Below the pieces are notes generated by a model. That model saw only the letters and a list, made by a program, of their open reading frames with translations. It was not told the origin of the DNA and did no database searches. This document shows, in pieces, positions 8,948 to 17,103 of a DNA stretch of 64,000 nucleotides. This DNA is from a virus (Duplodnaviria > Heunggongvirae > Uroviricota > Caudoviricetes). The first letter of the stretch is position 1. Each line of letters starts with the position of its first letter. The stretch covers positions 13,246-77,245 of IMG/VR virus record IMGVR_UViG_3300013936_000013, one strand, 5' to 3'. The translations under genes and the position numbers were made by a program.

Positions 8948-9778
8948 CTTATCAACTCCTTTTGACATTATTATTATACTATATTTTTAGGAAATTATCA
9001 ATAGGCAATTTATACAATAAAATCATTGAAAATTTGTGCGGGGTGTATATTGACAGGCAAAGCGCGTCCGCGCAATCAAGCACGGCACGCCAAAAAGTCA
9101 AGTGGCAAAAATGCATAAAAAATCTGCGGGATTAGCTACTTCCCGCAGATTAGATAAAATATTCAAATATATTGTATATTTGCTACGTCCAGTGCATCTT
9201 TATACCATCCTTTCCTATTGAGTAAGAAGAATTAAAATGTCAAGTCCAGTGCATAATATCCCTCATTCTGTTAGTATAATGTGTATCGTGTAGAGGGATT
9301 GAAGCGGTTCCTTTCTTCAACCTCTAGCTTTTGCTTTCTGCCTTTCTTTTTACACTTCGTAGAAAGAAAATGCCAAAGACTTTATAAAGTGTGTACTCTT
9401 TACTTCCTCTTTTTCAAAAACCTATAACCTATTAGGACATGGGAAGAAATCATACTCAAAGAAGTCATAACAAGCGGGATGAATTTCTTTCTAGGGTCGT
9501 GAGAAGAAACCATCAAAGAAACTTATTGCTTTCCCTACTTTTATAAGATAATAACCCCAGAGCGAAATGTCAATCAATCAGAACTGGTTTATCGGTTACT
9601 AAATCTAAAGAGTGAATTGCGTGTTAATAGAAATGAAGTCTAATCGGAATCATTTTCGCACCTCTATAATCTCATTTCAAAATTTTAGAGGTGCTTCGGC
9701 GGTGCTCTAGTTTTAATATGTATCGCCCCCTGACACTATGTATTATATCATACTTGGCGGTGTTTGTCAAGCATTTTT

Positions 9779-10447
9779 TTAATATTCTCGGCAATAGCCA
9801 GAGAAGTCCAGAATAATAGGCTTACCATGATTGAAACCAATGTTGCTAGTATGCAAATCATTGATTGCATTTTCAACAACAAATGCACAGAGCTTACGGC
9901 AGAGCTTTTTGCCAAAAATTACCAATGCCATACAAGCCCATAGTTGGTCTAAATCTCGGCTGTAATCCTTGTTGCCAGCACGCTGAAACTCACGTTCCAT
10001 TTTATGCCAAATGCGCTTGCTAGAATCCATAGAAGTCTTACACTGTTTAGTGTATTTATTACGCACGTCCCACGGCAAAGAACTAACAGAATACTGAATC
10101 TTTTCCTGAAAAACAAACGTCATGCCGTTCATTTCAAAGGCGATTTCGGTCTTGGGGAAGAAGTCCGCCAAACCTGCGTCAACCGCCTTGGCGTAAACTT
10201 CTGCTTCCTGAACCGCTTCATTGTAGTGGTTATCAGTTACCCACTTACAGACATACAAACCGCTATCATTGCACAGACACAGCTTAGAAGCACCAGAATG
10301 GATACTATAACCGTGGCGGTCAAAATCAGGAGTTGCCCCACGCAGAATGTGCTTCACTCGCCAGCTGTCATCATCCTCGGAATCAAAGTCGCCATCGAGC
10401 AGAATCCGCATCATTTCTTCGCGGTTGTCATACTTCTTCATTGCCAT
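9779..10447 (-). CDS. Protein kinase-like fold enzyme (putative Ser/Thr kinase)
   Basis: GASK loop, YVCKW lysine, DLHTSNIG catalytic loop, ILDFSG metal-binding motif. Confidence 0.7.
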   Translation of the reverse strand: MAMKKYDNREEMMRILLDGDFDSEDDDSWRVKHILRGATPDFDRHGYSIHSGASKLCLCNDSGLYVCKWVTDNHYNEAVQEAEVYAKAVDAGLADFFPKTEIAFEMNGMTFVFQEKIQYSVSSLPWDVRNKYTKQCKTSMDSSKRIWHKMEREFQRAGNKDYSRDLDQLWACMALVIFGKKLCRKLCAFVVENAINDLHTSNIGFNHGKPIILDFSGYCREY

Positions 10448-10564
10448 GTTATCTCCTCTCTTGGCTTATCGCCCTTTCAGTGTCTATATTATAGCAGATT
10501 ATTCAGCTATTGTCTATTAGTAGACTGCACAAGGTTTCAGGAGCAAAATTGTTTATTTTACCTA

Positions 10565-10593
10565 TTGACAGGCGGCAACAAAAATGATATAAT
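10565..10593 (+). promoter_or_regulatory. Consensus sigmaA promoter driving a short hairpin RNA
   Basis: TTGACA-17-TATAAT; hairpin AGCGGCCC...GGGCCGCT at 10612-10642. Confidence 0.85.
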
Positions 10594-10674
10594 AGAAGGT
10601 GCTATGCGAATAGCGGCCCGGATTGATAGAAGGCGGGCCGCTCAACTCTGGCGGGCTGGGCGACCCTCTCTCGT

Positions 10675-10995
10675 TTACTCTTCCTTCGGATAGTAGTGGA
10701 TAGGTGGCTCATTGAACTCAGCAGGGAAAAGCCCATCACCAAAGCAGAACCCCTCCCAACCATAAGCAGACATGATGCGGATAAAGTCCTCTGTAACCTC
10801 ATTCATTAGGTCATCATCCTGCGAGATGGTCAACAGGTCTTCATCTGTTGCTTCATCAGGTACATCCACAGACCAACGAGCCTGCGCGTTCTCATTATTC
10901 AGAGTCAGAACCAGCAGATTCATAGCCTTTACTGCATTAAAACGTTCCATCATAACCAACAACCCCTTTCTTATTCTGCGGAATGGCAATCCCAA
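10675..10995 (-). CDS. Hypothetical acidic protein (true start probably about 10953)
   Basis: ORF track; AAAGGGG RBS before MMERFNAV. Confidence 0.65.
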   Translation of the reverse strand: MGLPFRRIRKGLLVMMERFNAVKAMNLLVLTLNNENAQARWSVDVPDEATDEDLLTISQDDDLMNEVTEDFIRIMSAYGWEGFCFGDGLFPAEFNEPPIHYYPKEE

Positions 10996-11132
10996 ATCTC
11001 AAAGGTAGGATACTTCTGCTTGAATTTCTCCATAGCATCAATAGCGTTCTTGCCATAGAAAGTTTCAACCAGCAGGTCGGCGTTCTCATTGTAATACACA
11101 ATGTCATATGCGTGCATGATAACAGTTTCCAT
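10971..11132 (-). CDS. Hypothetical protein (53 aa)
   Basis: Manual translation METVIMHAYDIVYYNENADLLVETFYGKNAIDAMEKFKQKYPTFEIWDCHSAE; AAGGAG RBS. Confidence 0.6.
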   Translation of the reverse strand: METVIMHAYDIVYYNENADLLVETFYGKNAIDAMEKFKQKYPTFEIWDCHSAE

Positions 11133-11150
11133 TTTCAATCAATCTCCTTT

Positions 11151-11300
11151 TTAGTTCTTATGGGCGAGCAGGTTGAATGCCGCCTTAGCTTCATCGGTCA
11201 TGCAACTGTCACAACAAGCCCCATTATCACAAGGTCTGTTACCCACCTCGTCGCAGGAACAACTACAATATTCGTTCAGAAAATCTTCCCAAGTGTACAT
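11151..11300 (-). CDS. Small Cys-rich protein (49 aa)
   Basis: Manual translation MYTWEDFLNEYCSCSCDEVGNRPCDNGACCDSCMTDEAKAAFNLLAHKN; GAAAGAGG RBS at 9 nt. Confidence 0.6.
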   Translation of the reverse strand: MYTWEDFLNEYCSCSCDEVGNRPCDNGACCDSCMTDEAKAAFNLLAHKN

Positions 11301-11340
11301 TTGTCATAACCTCTCTTTCAGTGTATTCATTATACCACTT

Positions 11341-11472
11341 TCAGCGGTCGGTGTCAAGGGGTTTAGGCAATTTTTTTCGGTTATAGGTGGTCTTTTTTTC
11401 AAATCGTGCGGGTCTGCCAATGAACAGCCGCCTTGCCTTGCGGATCTCCTTTTCCTTATTCTTTTTCAACAT
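11341..11472 (-). CDS. Small basic protein (43 aa)
   Basis: C-terminal part of the track ORF; GAGGTG RBS; MLKKNKEKEIRKARRLFIGRPARFEKKTTYNRKKLPKPLDTDR. Confidence 0.55.
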   Translation of the reverse strand: MLKKNKEKEIRKARRLFIGRPARFEKKTTYNRKKLPKPLDTDR

Positions 11473-11482
11473 CTTAATCACC

Positions 11483-11944
11483 TCACCAGATAAACACATA
11501 GTCAAAGCCTTCCTCGCAGGTGGGCTGGACATAAGAATTATACTGTTTTACAATAGCGTCAACAGGAACAAAAGCCTTGCCAGTACGCTGAGCGTTCTGT
11601 TTAATATGTTGCTCAAGTGCAGGACGGATAACAACAGCATAGAGTTTTGCGGTCTTAGGTATATTAATGCGGCGAAGCACTCTTTTCCGCGCTTTAGGGG
11701 TTAGATGAGTAGCATCCAGCACGATGGATTCCCAACCACGCTCAATCGCACTATTGATGCGGTTGATGTAGGTATCAAACGCTTCTTTTTCGTGGGCAAA
11801 GTAATCATCAGTCTTATACTTTTCCATGACATCAAATCGAGCCACGTCACGAGATACATCAAATGAGTTGGGGAAGTTGTTCTTAATAAAAGTAGACTTG
11901 CCTGCGCCAGCCGCACCAACCATCATGTAAATATATTTAGTCAT
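11483..11944 (-). CDS. P-loop kinase (AAA_33 / polynucleotide-kinase-like)
   Basis: Walker A GAAGAGKST, VLDATHL, RNAQR-like lid; AAGGAGAG RBS before MTKYIYMM. Confidence 0.8.
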   Translation of the reverse strand: MTKYIYMMVGAAGAGKSTFIKNNFPNSFDVSRDVARFDVMEKYKTDDYFAHEKEAFDTYINRINSAIERGWESIVLDATHLTPKARKRVLRRINIPKTAKLYAVVIRPALEQHIKQNAQRTGKAFVPVDAIVKQYNSYVQPTCEEGFDYVFIW

Positions 11945-12205
11945 CTCTATCTCTCCTTTGCTAAAGCAAGTATACCACATTTTCAGGATAAAAACAATGG
12001 GCATATTACACAAAAATCAACCAAGAAAATCATGCAAGATGCCCATTGACATAAATAGCGGCGGGCGTCCATCAAACACGCGCCGCTCAACCTTTTAGGA
12101 TGTTTATTATTCATAGGAAACACAAAAAACCGAGAAAAAATCATCTTAATACCTAGCATGTCAGAGCACCGACCTACTCACCACTGTTTTCGGTCTGCAT
12201 CGAAG

Positions 12206-12385
12206 TTATTTTAATAGCATCAATGCATAAGCACATACATCAGCCATTTCTGAACAGCTTGAAGTTTTGTCGGTTGAAGCTAGGTCATTATAACCAATCT
12301 GCGCCGCCGCAATCATATCTTTCACTGTTGTATTAGAAAAGACTAATTTTAATGCGCTTAGTTCATCTATTGAAAAACTAGGCAT
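12206..12385 (-). CDS. Hypothetical protein (59 aa)
   Basis: Manual translation starting MPSFSIDELSALKLVFSN; GAAAGGA RBS. Confidence 0.5.
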   Translation of the reverse strand: MPSFSIDELSALKLVFSNTTVKDMIAAAQIGYNDLASTDKTSSCSEMADVCAYALMLLK

Positions 12386-12496
12386 TTTGTGTTCCTTTCT
12401 TTATTTATTTCTTACATTATTATTATATCAAAATTTTTTATAAAAATAAAAGAAAGGGCGTGGAGATGAATCCACGCCCAGAGAGAAGAGAGGTAG

Positions 12497-12706
12497 TTAA
12501 TCGCTAATGTAGAAAGAGGGATATCGACCTGCAACCGTATTGCAGTTGTAGTAGTTAAACTCGTTAATCAGCTGGTCAAAAGTGCAATCAGCTTTTGCGG
12601 GGTCGATTTCATAGGCACTGTCAACCCGCATATTACAAGCGGCCATATAGAAGGTCTTGCCCTCATTGAAAAGCTTGCGGGCGGCGGTCTTGTTAATCTT
12701 TTTCAT
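12497..12706 (-). CDS. Hypothetical protein (69 aa)
   Basis: ORF track; AAGGGG RBS before MKKINK. Confidence 0.65.
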   Translation of the reverse strand: MKKINKTAARKLFNEGKTFYMAACNMRVDSAYEIDPAKADCTFDQLINEFNYYNCNTVAGRYPSFYISD

Positions 12707-12724
12707 GGTAGAATCCCCTTTCAA

Positions 12725-12940
12725 TCAATTACGAACAACAACCATAAAGTCATCAAAGCGATAATCCCCATTGGGATCCTTTTCAGCATTGGCTTCAAGC
12801 CATGCCAGCAATGCCAGCCCGTCGGCAATGGCAGTCAAGTCACCGTAGATATAGAAGATGTCGCCACAGATATAAGTGGAAATGATGTCCATGAAATCCA
12901 TGCCGATGTGATTGAAAGCCAGTTCAAAAGCGTTAAACAT
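12725..12940 (-). CDS. Hypothetical protein (71 aa)
   Basis: ORF track; GAGAGG RBS; promoter at about 12982-13010. Confidence 0.7.
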   Translation of the reverse strand: MFNAFELAFNHIGMDFMDIISTYICGDIFYIYGDLTAIADGLALLAWLEANAEKDPNGDYRFDDFMVVVRN

Positions 12941-13006
12941 TTTTATTACCTCTCTTTAATTCAGTTCCTTTTGACACTATTATTATATCATAAATGCGGG
13001 TTTCTG

Positions 13007-13159
13007 TCAAGCCTTTTCAGAAAATCTTTTGAAATTTTCGAGGAACATTTTCAGCGTAGCAAGGTCAAAATCTTCCGCCATAGATTCAGCGGTGCGGTTC
13101 ATCAAGCAGTAGCCGCAAGCAACCAGTTCATTCACAACAGCCATCTTCTCGTTCATCAT
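13007..13159 (-). CDS. Hypothetical protein (50 aa)
   Basis: Manual translation starting MMNEKMAVVNELVACGYCL; GAGAGG RBS; TGA overlaps the next -35 box. Confidence 0.6.
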   Translation of the reverse strand: MMNEKMAVVNELVACGYCLMNRTAESMAEDFDLATLKMFLENFKRFSEKA

Positions 13160-13370
13160 CTTTATTTACCTCTCTCTCTGTTTCTGTATATAGTATACAC
13201 CCTGCAAGGCGGGTTGTCAAGCCTTTTGGGCGATTTTCCTTTCGTCAAATTGCACAAAGAATTGCGCGAAAATCCCGGCGGGACTAGTCATTATGCCACA
13301 GCGGAGCCAAGCGCAGGTGAAGGCGACGCGAAAAATTCCCCGCCTTTTTCTGGCGGGGAAGGCTTGATTT

Positions 13371-13529
13371 TTATTGACCGCAGGCGAGCTTTGCCAGCTC
13401 TCTCATGCACTCATTGGTGGAGATGACCCCACGGTAGCGGAGGCGAACCACCCGCTGAACCTTGTCGCTTAGCACCTCGTCACCCGCAGTCTTGATGTAT
13501 TCAGCGTACTCTTTGATGAACTTCTCCAT
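13371..13529 (-). CDS. Hypothetical protein (52 aa)
   Basis: Manual translation starting MEKFIKEYAEYIKTAGDEVL; GAAAGAGAGG RBS. Confidence 0.6.
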   Translation of the reverse strand: MEKFIKEYAEYIKTAGDEVLSDKVQRVVRLRYRGVISTNECMRELAKLACGQ

Positions 13530-13582
13530 TTTTTGTTACCTCTCTTTCAGTGATTAAAGTATATCATACTTTAAGGCTTTTG

Positions 13583-14044
13583 TCAAGCCTTTTTCTTAAA
13601 ATAAATATAAGTTTCGTCCCAATTATCGACTTCAACATTTTTAATGTATCCATCTTTTTCATAACCATTTTGTAGATAATTATGGATAAGTTCAAATCCA
13701 TACTTGTTTGCCCACTTTTTCAGATAGAAAGGCACTTTCTTAGCGATTTCATAACCATAGTAATGCCATTGCATACTATAATACAAACCGTTTCGCTCTT
13801 CATCCCATTCCAAAACATAGGGAAGCCAATAGTCAAGAACTTTCTTTGCAGTTTGCTCATTCCATTCCTGTTTGTTGTACCACCAATCATTCAGTTTATC
13901 CCATGCAATAAAGAAAGGTGCAATGGGGAGGGCAAGGAAAAAGATTTCATACTTGCCCCACTTAATACGAAAAGAAAACTTTTTATGGTTCTTCTTAGAA
14001 ACCTTGGTCGTAGCTTTAGTCTTAGCGAAATCAAACTCTTTCAT
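13583..14044 (-). CDS. Hypothetical protein with one TM segment (153 aa)
   Basis: ORF track; IFFLALPIAPFFIAW; GAGAGGA RBS. Confidence 0.7.
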   Translation of the reverse strand: MKEFDFAKTKATTKVSKKNHKKFSFRIKWGKYEIFFLALPIAPFFIAWDKLNDWWYNKQEWNEQTAKKVLDYWLPYVLEWDEERNGLYYSMQWHYYGYEIAKKVPFYLKKWANKYGFELIHNYLQNGYEKDGYIKNVEVDNWDETYIYFKKKA

Positions 14045-14111
14045 AATATATTCCTCTCTTTCATGGTTTTATTATATCATAGAATGGGACTTTTGTCAAG
14101 CCCCACAGGGG

Positions 14112-14312
14112 TCAACGCTTGACCGAAATAGCGTCAATCTCCTGCTTGTCATTCATGTGGAACTCGCACAGGGTATAGCTGGCTGCGAGTGCCAGATTCT
14201 TCCAATAGGTCAGATGAGAAAAACCCTTATCAATGTGCCAGACCTCGACGTATTCTGCGAAGCGGGTGGTGGTGGAAGAGCGAACTTCACGAATAAACTC
14301 ACAAACCATCAT
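14112..14312 (-). CDS. Hypothetical protein (66 aa)
   Basis: ORF track; GAGAGG RBS. Confidence 0.65.
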   Translation of the reverse strand: MMVCEFIREVRSSTTTRFAEYVEVWHIDKGFSHLTYWKNLALAASYTLCEFHMNDKQEIDAISVKR

Positions 14313-14428
14313 AATAATTACCTCTCTCTAGCTTTTTAACTCTCTCTGTGATTATAGTATACCACTTCATTCCCATGCTGTCAAGGTTTTAGGACAAAAA
14401 ATAAATAAAAAAATTTTCGCAAAAAGCC

Positions 14429-14457
14429 TTGACAAACCTCGATGGATGTGGTATAAT
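14429..14457 (+). promoter_or_regulatory. Consensus sigmaA promoter driving a short hairpin RNA
   Basis: TTGACA-17-TATAAT; hairpin CGCCGCGC-N9-GCGCGGCG at 14465-14489. Confidence 0.85.
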
Positions 14458-14526
14458 TGAAAAACGCCGCGCATTGGTGGGGCGCGGCGCGACAAAGAGA
14501 AAGGCGCCCTTATAGGCGCCTCCCGC

Positions 14527-14703
14527 TTAGAACTCCGTGTTATCGTCCAACTCGACCTTGCCAAAAATGGCTTCATTCAACCGCTCCCGCAGTTCATAAA
14601 TCTTCTTGGTGTACCAGTCATACAGCTCAATGTTCAGCAGGTTTTTGCTACGCTCATTGTACAGACCAGCCAGTTCCTTTTCCATTGCTACAACGTTCAT
14701 CAT
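14527..14703 (-). CDS. Hypothetical protein (58 aa)
   Basis: Manual translation starting MNVVAMEKELAGLYNERSKNLL; GAGAGG RBS. Confidence 0.6.
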   Translation of the reverse strand: MMNVVAMEKELAGLYNERSKNLLNIELYDWYTKKIYELRERLNEAIFGKVELDDNTEF

Positions 14704-14794
14704 GTTACTTACCTCTCTCTATTGTGTTTTATCTTCCCTGTGATTATATTATAGCATAAGGGGCTTGTTTTGTCAAGCCCCTTTTTGATATTTT

Positions 14795-15115
14795 TTAAGC
14801 CAGCCAAGTAAGCTTCATGTTGCGCCAGCAAAGCACAGACTGCTGATTGTGCTGGATGCCAATAGCTACGGCTTCACGCTTGGTGTTTACTCTCTTGGAA
14901 CTGTCAATGTAGTAAATGCCATTGCTCAGCCACACGCCACAGTCACCCATAGTCTGGATAAACACAGCGGCGATCTTAGCATCTGTGGTTTCATAGCCGT
15001 GAGTAGCGACCTGCCAACCGCTCTTGTATGCAACAGGCTTGCCCGCCTTAAAAGTCTTGCCATCATTATCAGCCAGAGCCATCAGCATTGCGACCAGTTC
15101 ATTGTAGTTCATCAT
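14795..15115 (-). CDS. Hypothetical phage protein (106 aa)
   Basis: ORF track; GAGAGG RBS. Confidence 0.7.
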   Translation of the reverse strand: MMNYNELVAMLMALADNDGKTFKAGKPVAYKSGWQVATHGYETTDAKIAAVFIQTMGDCGVWLSNGIYYIDSSKRVNTKREAVAIGIQHNQQSVLCWRNMKLTWLA

Positions 15116-15194
15116 AAGTCTTACCTCTCTTGTTATGTGTCTCTCTCTTACTGTCTATATTATACCACAGGCTGTGGCTCTTGTCAAGGGTTTT

Positions 15195-15419
15195 TTAGAA
15201 GATTTTTGGCTTCATTGCTTCACCAGTAGAAACCTTTAAGAAGCAACCAGCATTGCAATAATATTCTTTGCGGTCAGGCTTGCCCTCTTCATGGACTACA
15301 CGCCAGATGGCGGTATGAGTGAGAGTAGCCAGCTCTTTTGCACGCTTCCAAGTGAAGCCGAAGGGCTCTTTATCCACGCCAACAATCTGACCAGCGGCAA
15401 TGTAAGTGTACATCTTCAT
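15195..15419 (-). CDS. Hypothetical protein (74 aa)
   Basis: ORF track; GAGAGG RBS; promoter at about 15455-15488. Confidence 0.7.
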   Translation of the reverse strand: MKMYTYIAAGQIVGVDKEPFGFTWKRAKELATLTHTAIWRVVHEEGKPDRKEYYCNAGCFLKVSTGEAMKPKIF

Positions 15420-15531
15420 AGTAGTTACCTCTCTAACTTCTCTTGTTCTCTGTGATTATAGTATACCATAGTCATGGTATACTGTCAAGCATTTCTTAAA
15501 AATATTCTTAGAAAAATTTGCGAAAAAAGTA

Positions 15532-15560
15532 TTGACAAAGCGGGCGATCTGTGGTATAAT
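15532..15560 (+). promoter_or_regulatory. Consensus sigmaA promoter into a non-coding hairpin cluster
   Basis: TTGACA-17-TATAAT; several hairpins follow to about 15850. Confidence 0.85.
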
Positions 15561-15966
15561 GAAGTGGGAGAGCTTCATCTAATAATCTACTAGATGAGAG
15601 TTTTCCTTATTATAATCAGCCCGGCGGATAATGACCAGAATATAATAATATAATGAATAGCAGTTAGTATACTATAACCTAGGCTATTGGTATGTCTATA
15701 CTAACTGCTAAATACTCAATATTAAATTAGGATGAAAAATAAGTTAGCTAATGCAAACAATTAGCAACAAAAAACTACAAAGGTGTTAGCTCATGCTAAC
15801 AACGGGGGATGGCGCTTGAGAGCGCCACGAGTAGCCTTTGCCCGCTCTACGCAGCGTATGGGGGGTGGGGTTTTGGGATAAAAAATATTTGAAAATGAAA
15901 AATGGGTATGTGCTGGTCAACAAAATCTCCAAAAGTTATTTTAATTTTAGATAACGAACAAAATCT

Positions 15967-16263
15967 TTAAAGTTCTAAATTTCGATAGCTTTTTTTAGAA
16001 TACTCCCCTGTACTAATAACAGCCTTCACATCGCCATAACCACCAATAGGTTTAATATTAAATAATTTATTATTATGAATTACTTTATTGTTCCACCAGC
16101 TTTGATAAGAAGCACCATTAAACATTGCCCATGTCTTTCCCGCATCCGTACTATAACAATAGCAAATAATACCATTATGCTTACTTGGAATCTTATAAGC
16201 CTTAGCTTGTTTTGCGGGAACTCCTTCACTTATTAGCAGCTTCTAAAATCTCTTCCTCGTCAT
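15967..16263 (-). CDS. Hypothetical protein, MT(R/K)KRFQKL paralog 1 (code 15, 98 aa)
   Basis: Manual read-through MTRKRF(TAG)KLLISEGVPAKQAKAYKIP...; ends TAA. Confidence 0.75.
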
Positions 16264-16441
16264 CTACCTTACTCCATTTCAACTCAATATCATCTTCAAC
16301 TCTGCTGGTATCTAGCCATTCCTACCTACTCATCCCACATTTGCACATTAAGATACACAGCCGCAAAGGATAACCCATATCATCAAGCTAAATTACATTA
16401 CTTCTTTCATATAGTTTAAAGTCATGTCTGTGAATAAACAT
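16226..16441 (-). CDS. Small Cys-containing protein (code 15, 71 aa)
   Basis: MFIHRHDFKLYERSNVI(TAG)LDDMGYPLRLCILMCKCGMSR(TAG)EWLD...; ends TGA. Confidence 0.7.
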
Positions 16442-16760
16442 ATTCTCTCAAAATCGCCTCATTTACACAGACGTCATTAATAGAGAAACTAGCTCTTCTT
16501 CCTCTGTCCCAATGAAAAATCTCCTTGTAAGGACACATCTTTCTGTTCCATCCCATATTTTCATACCAATCATCATACTTCTGAATCATATGTAGCAAAA
16601 AATCCCAACAACCTTGATAAGATTCCATATCGTAACTTAAAAAAGTTTTAACAATAATAGCATCTTCTTCGCTAAAGTTCATGGGCAGCTTAAAATTGCG
16701 GGCTTCCTTTGGCGGGCAGCCAATACTTATACACAACTTTTGGAATCTCTTTTTTGTCAT
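16422..16760 (-). CDS. Hypothetical protein, MT(R/K)KRFQKL paralog 2 (112 aa)
   Basis: ORF track; MTKKRFQKLCISIGCPPKEARNFKLP. Confidence 0.75.
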   Translation of the reverse strand: MTKKRFQKLCISIGCPPKEARNFKLPMNFSEEDAIIVKTFLSYDMESYQGCWDFLLHMIQKYDDWYENMGWNRKMCPYKEIFHWDRGRRASFSINDVCVNEAILREYVYSQT

Positions 16761-16768
16761 AAATTACC

Positions 16769-17017
16769 TCACATAATTATACGAAAAGCTAATTCTGCAG
16801 CTTCTTTCTCTGTTGCACAACATTTTCTACAATTTGTTAATGCTATATTATAATAAAAATTCCAACATCCTTTATAAGACCATATATCAAATCCATTAAG
16901 GACATCAATAGCAAGCTCTCTATTAGAAGACTCACAAGATGGAACTTTCCAATCTCGAAAAGCTTTAGGTGAAACGCCTTTACTCATTAACAATTTCTAA
17001 AAACGTTTTCTTGTCAA
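16769..17017 (-). CDS. Hypothetical protein, MT(R/K)KRFQKL paralog 3 (code 15, 82 aa)
   Basis: TTG start after GGAGTG; MTRKRF(TAG 16997-16999)KLLMSKGVSPKAFRDWKVP. Confidence 0.75.
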
Positions 17018-17103
17018 ATAAACCCACTCCTTTTCTTGAACAAATAGTCAGACAACCATCTGCTATAATCCTCACTAGTCCATTTGCGGTTTCCCTACCT
17101 CAC
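17014..17103 (-). CDS. Possible 29-aa micro-ORF (code 15)
   Basis: GTG overlaps upstream TGA and its TGA overlaps the downstream TTG; MR(TAG)GNRKWTSEDYSRWLSDYLFKKRSGFI. Confidence 0.4.

Larger units (their letters stand above)
205..15488 (-). promoter_or_regulatory. Dispersed array of about 30 sigmaA-type early promoters, nearly one per gene
   Basis: Recurrent plus-strand ATTATA/AGTATA-N17-TGTCAA, e.g. 2417-2445 and 3381-3409; counted by eye. Confidence 0.9.

Noticed and set aside
722-15229. Plus-strand ORFs in the early region (e.g. 2178-2690, 3837-4289, 10004-10693, 12908-13426)
   Set aside because: They overlap well-supported minus-strand genes or promoter arrays and lack RBSs.
205-15560. 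CRISPR array or mini-array among the early-region repeats
   Set aside because: Repeats are degenerate promoter/hairpin motifs separated by whole genes, not identical direct repeats with uniform spacers.
15858-15878. G-quadruplex
   Set aside because: Only three separate G-runs unless the G6 run is split with a zero-length loop; kept only as a boundary marker.
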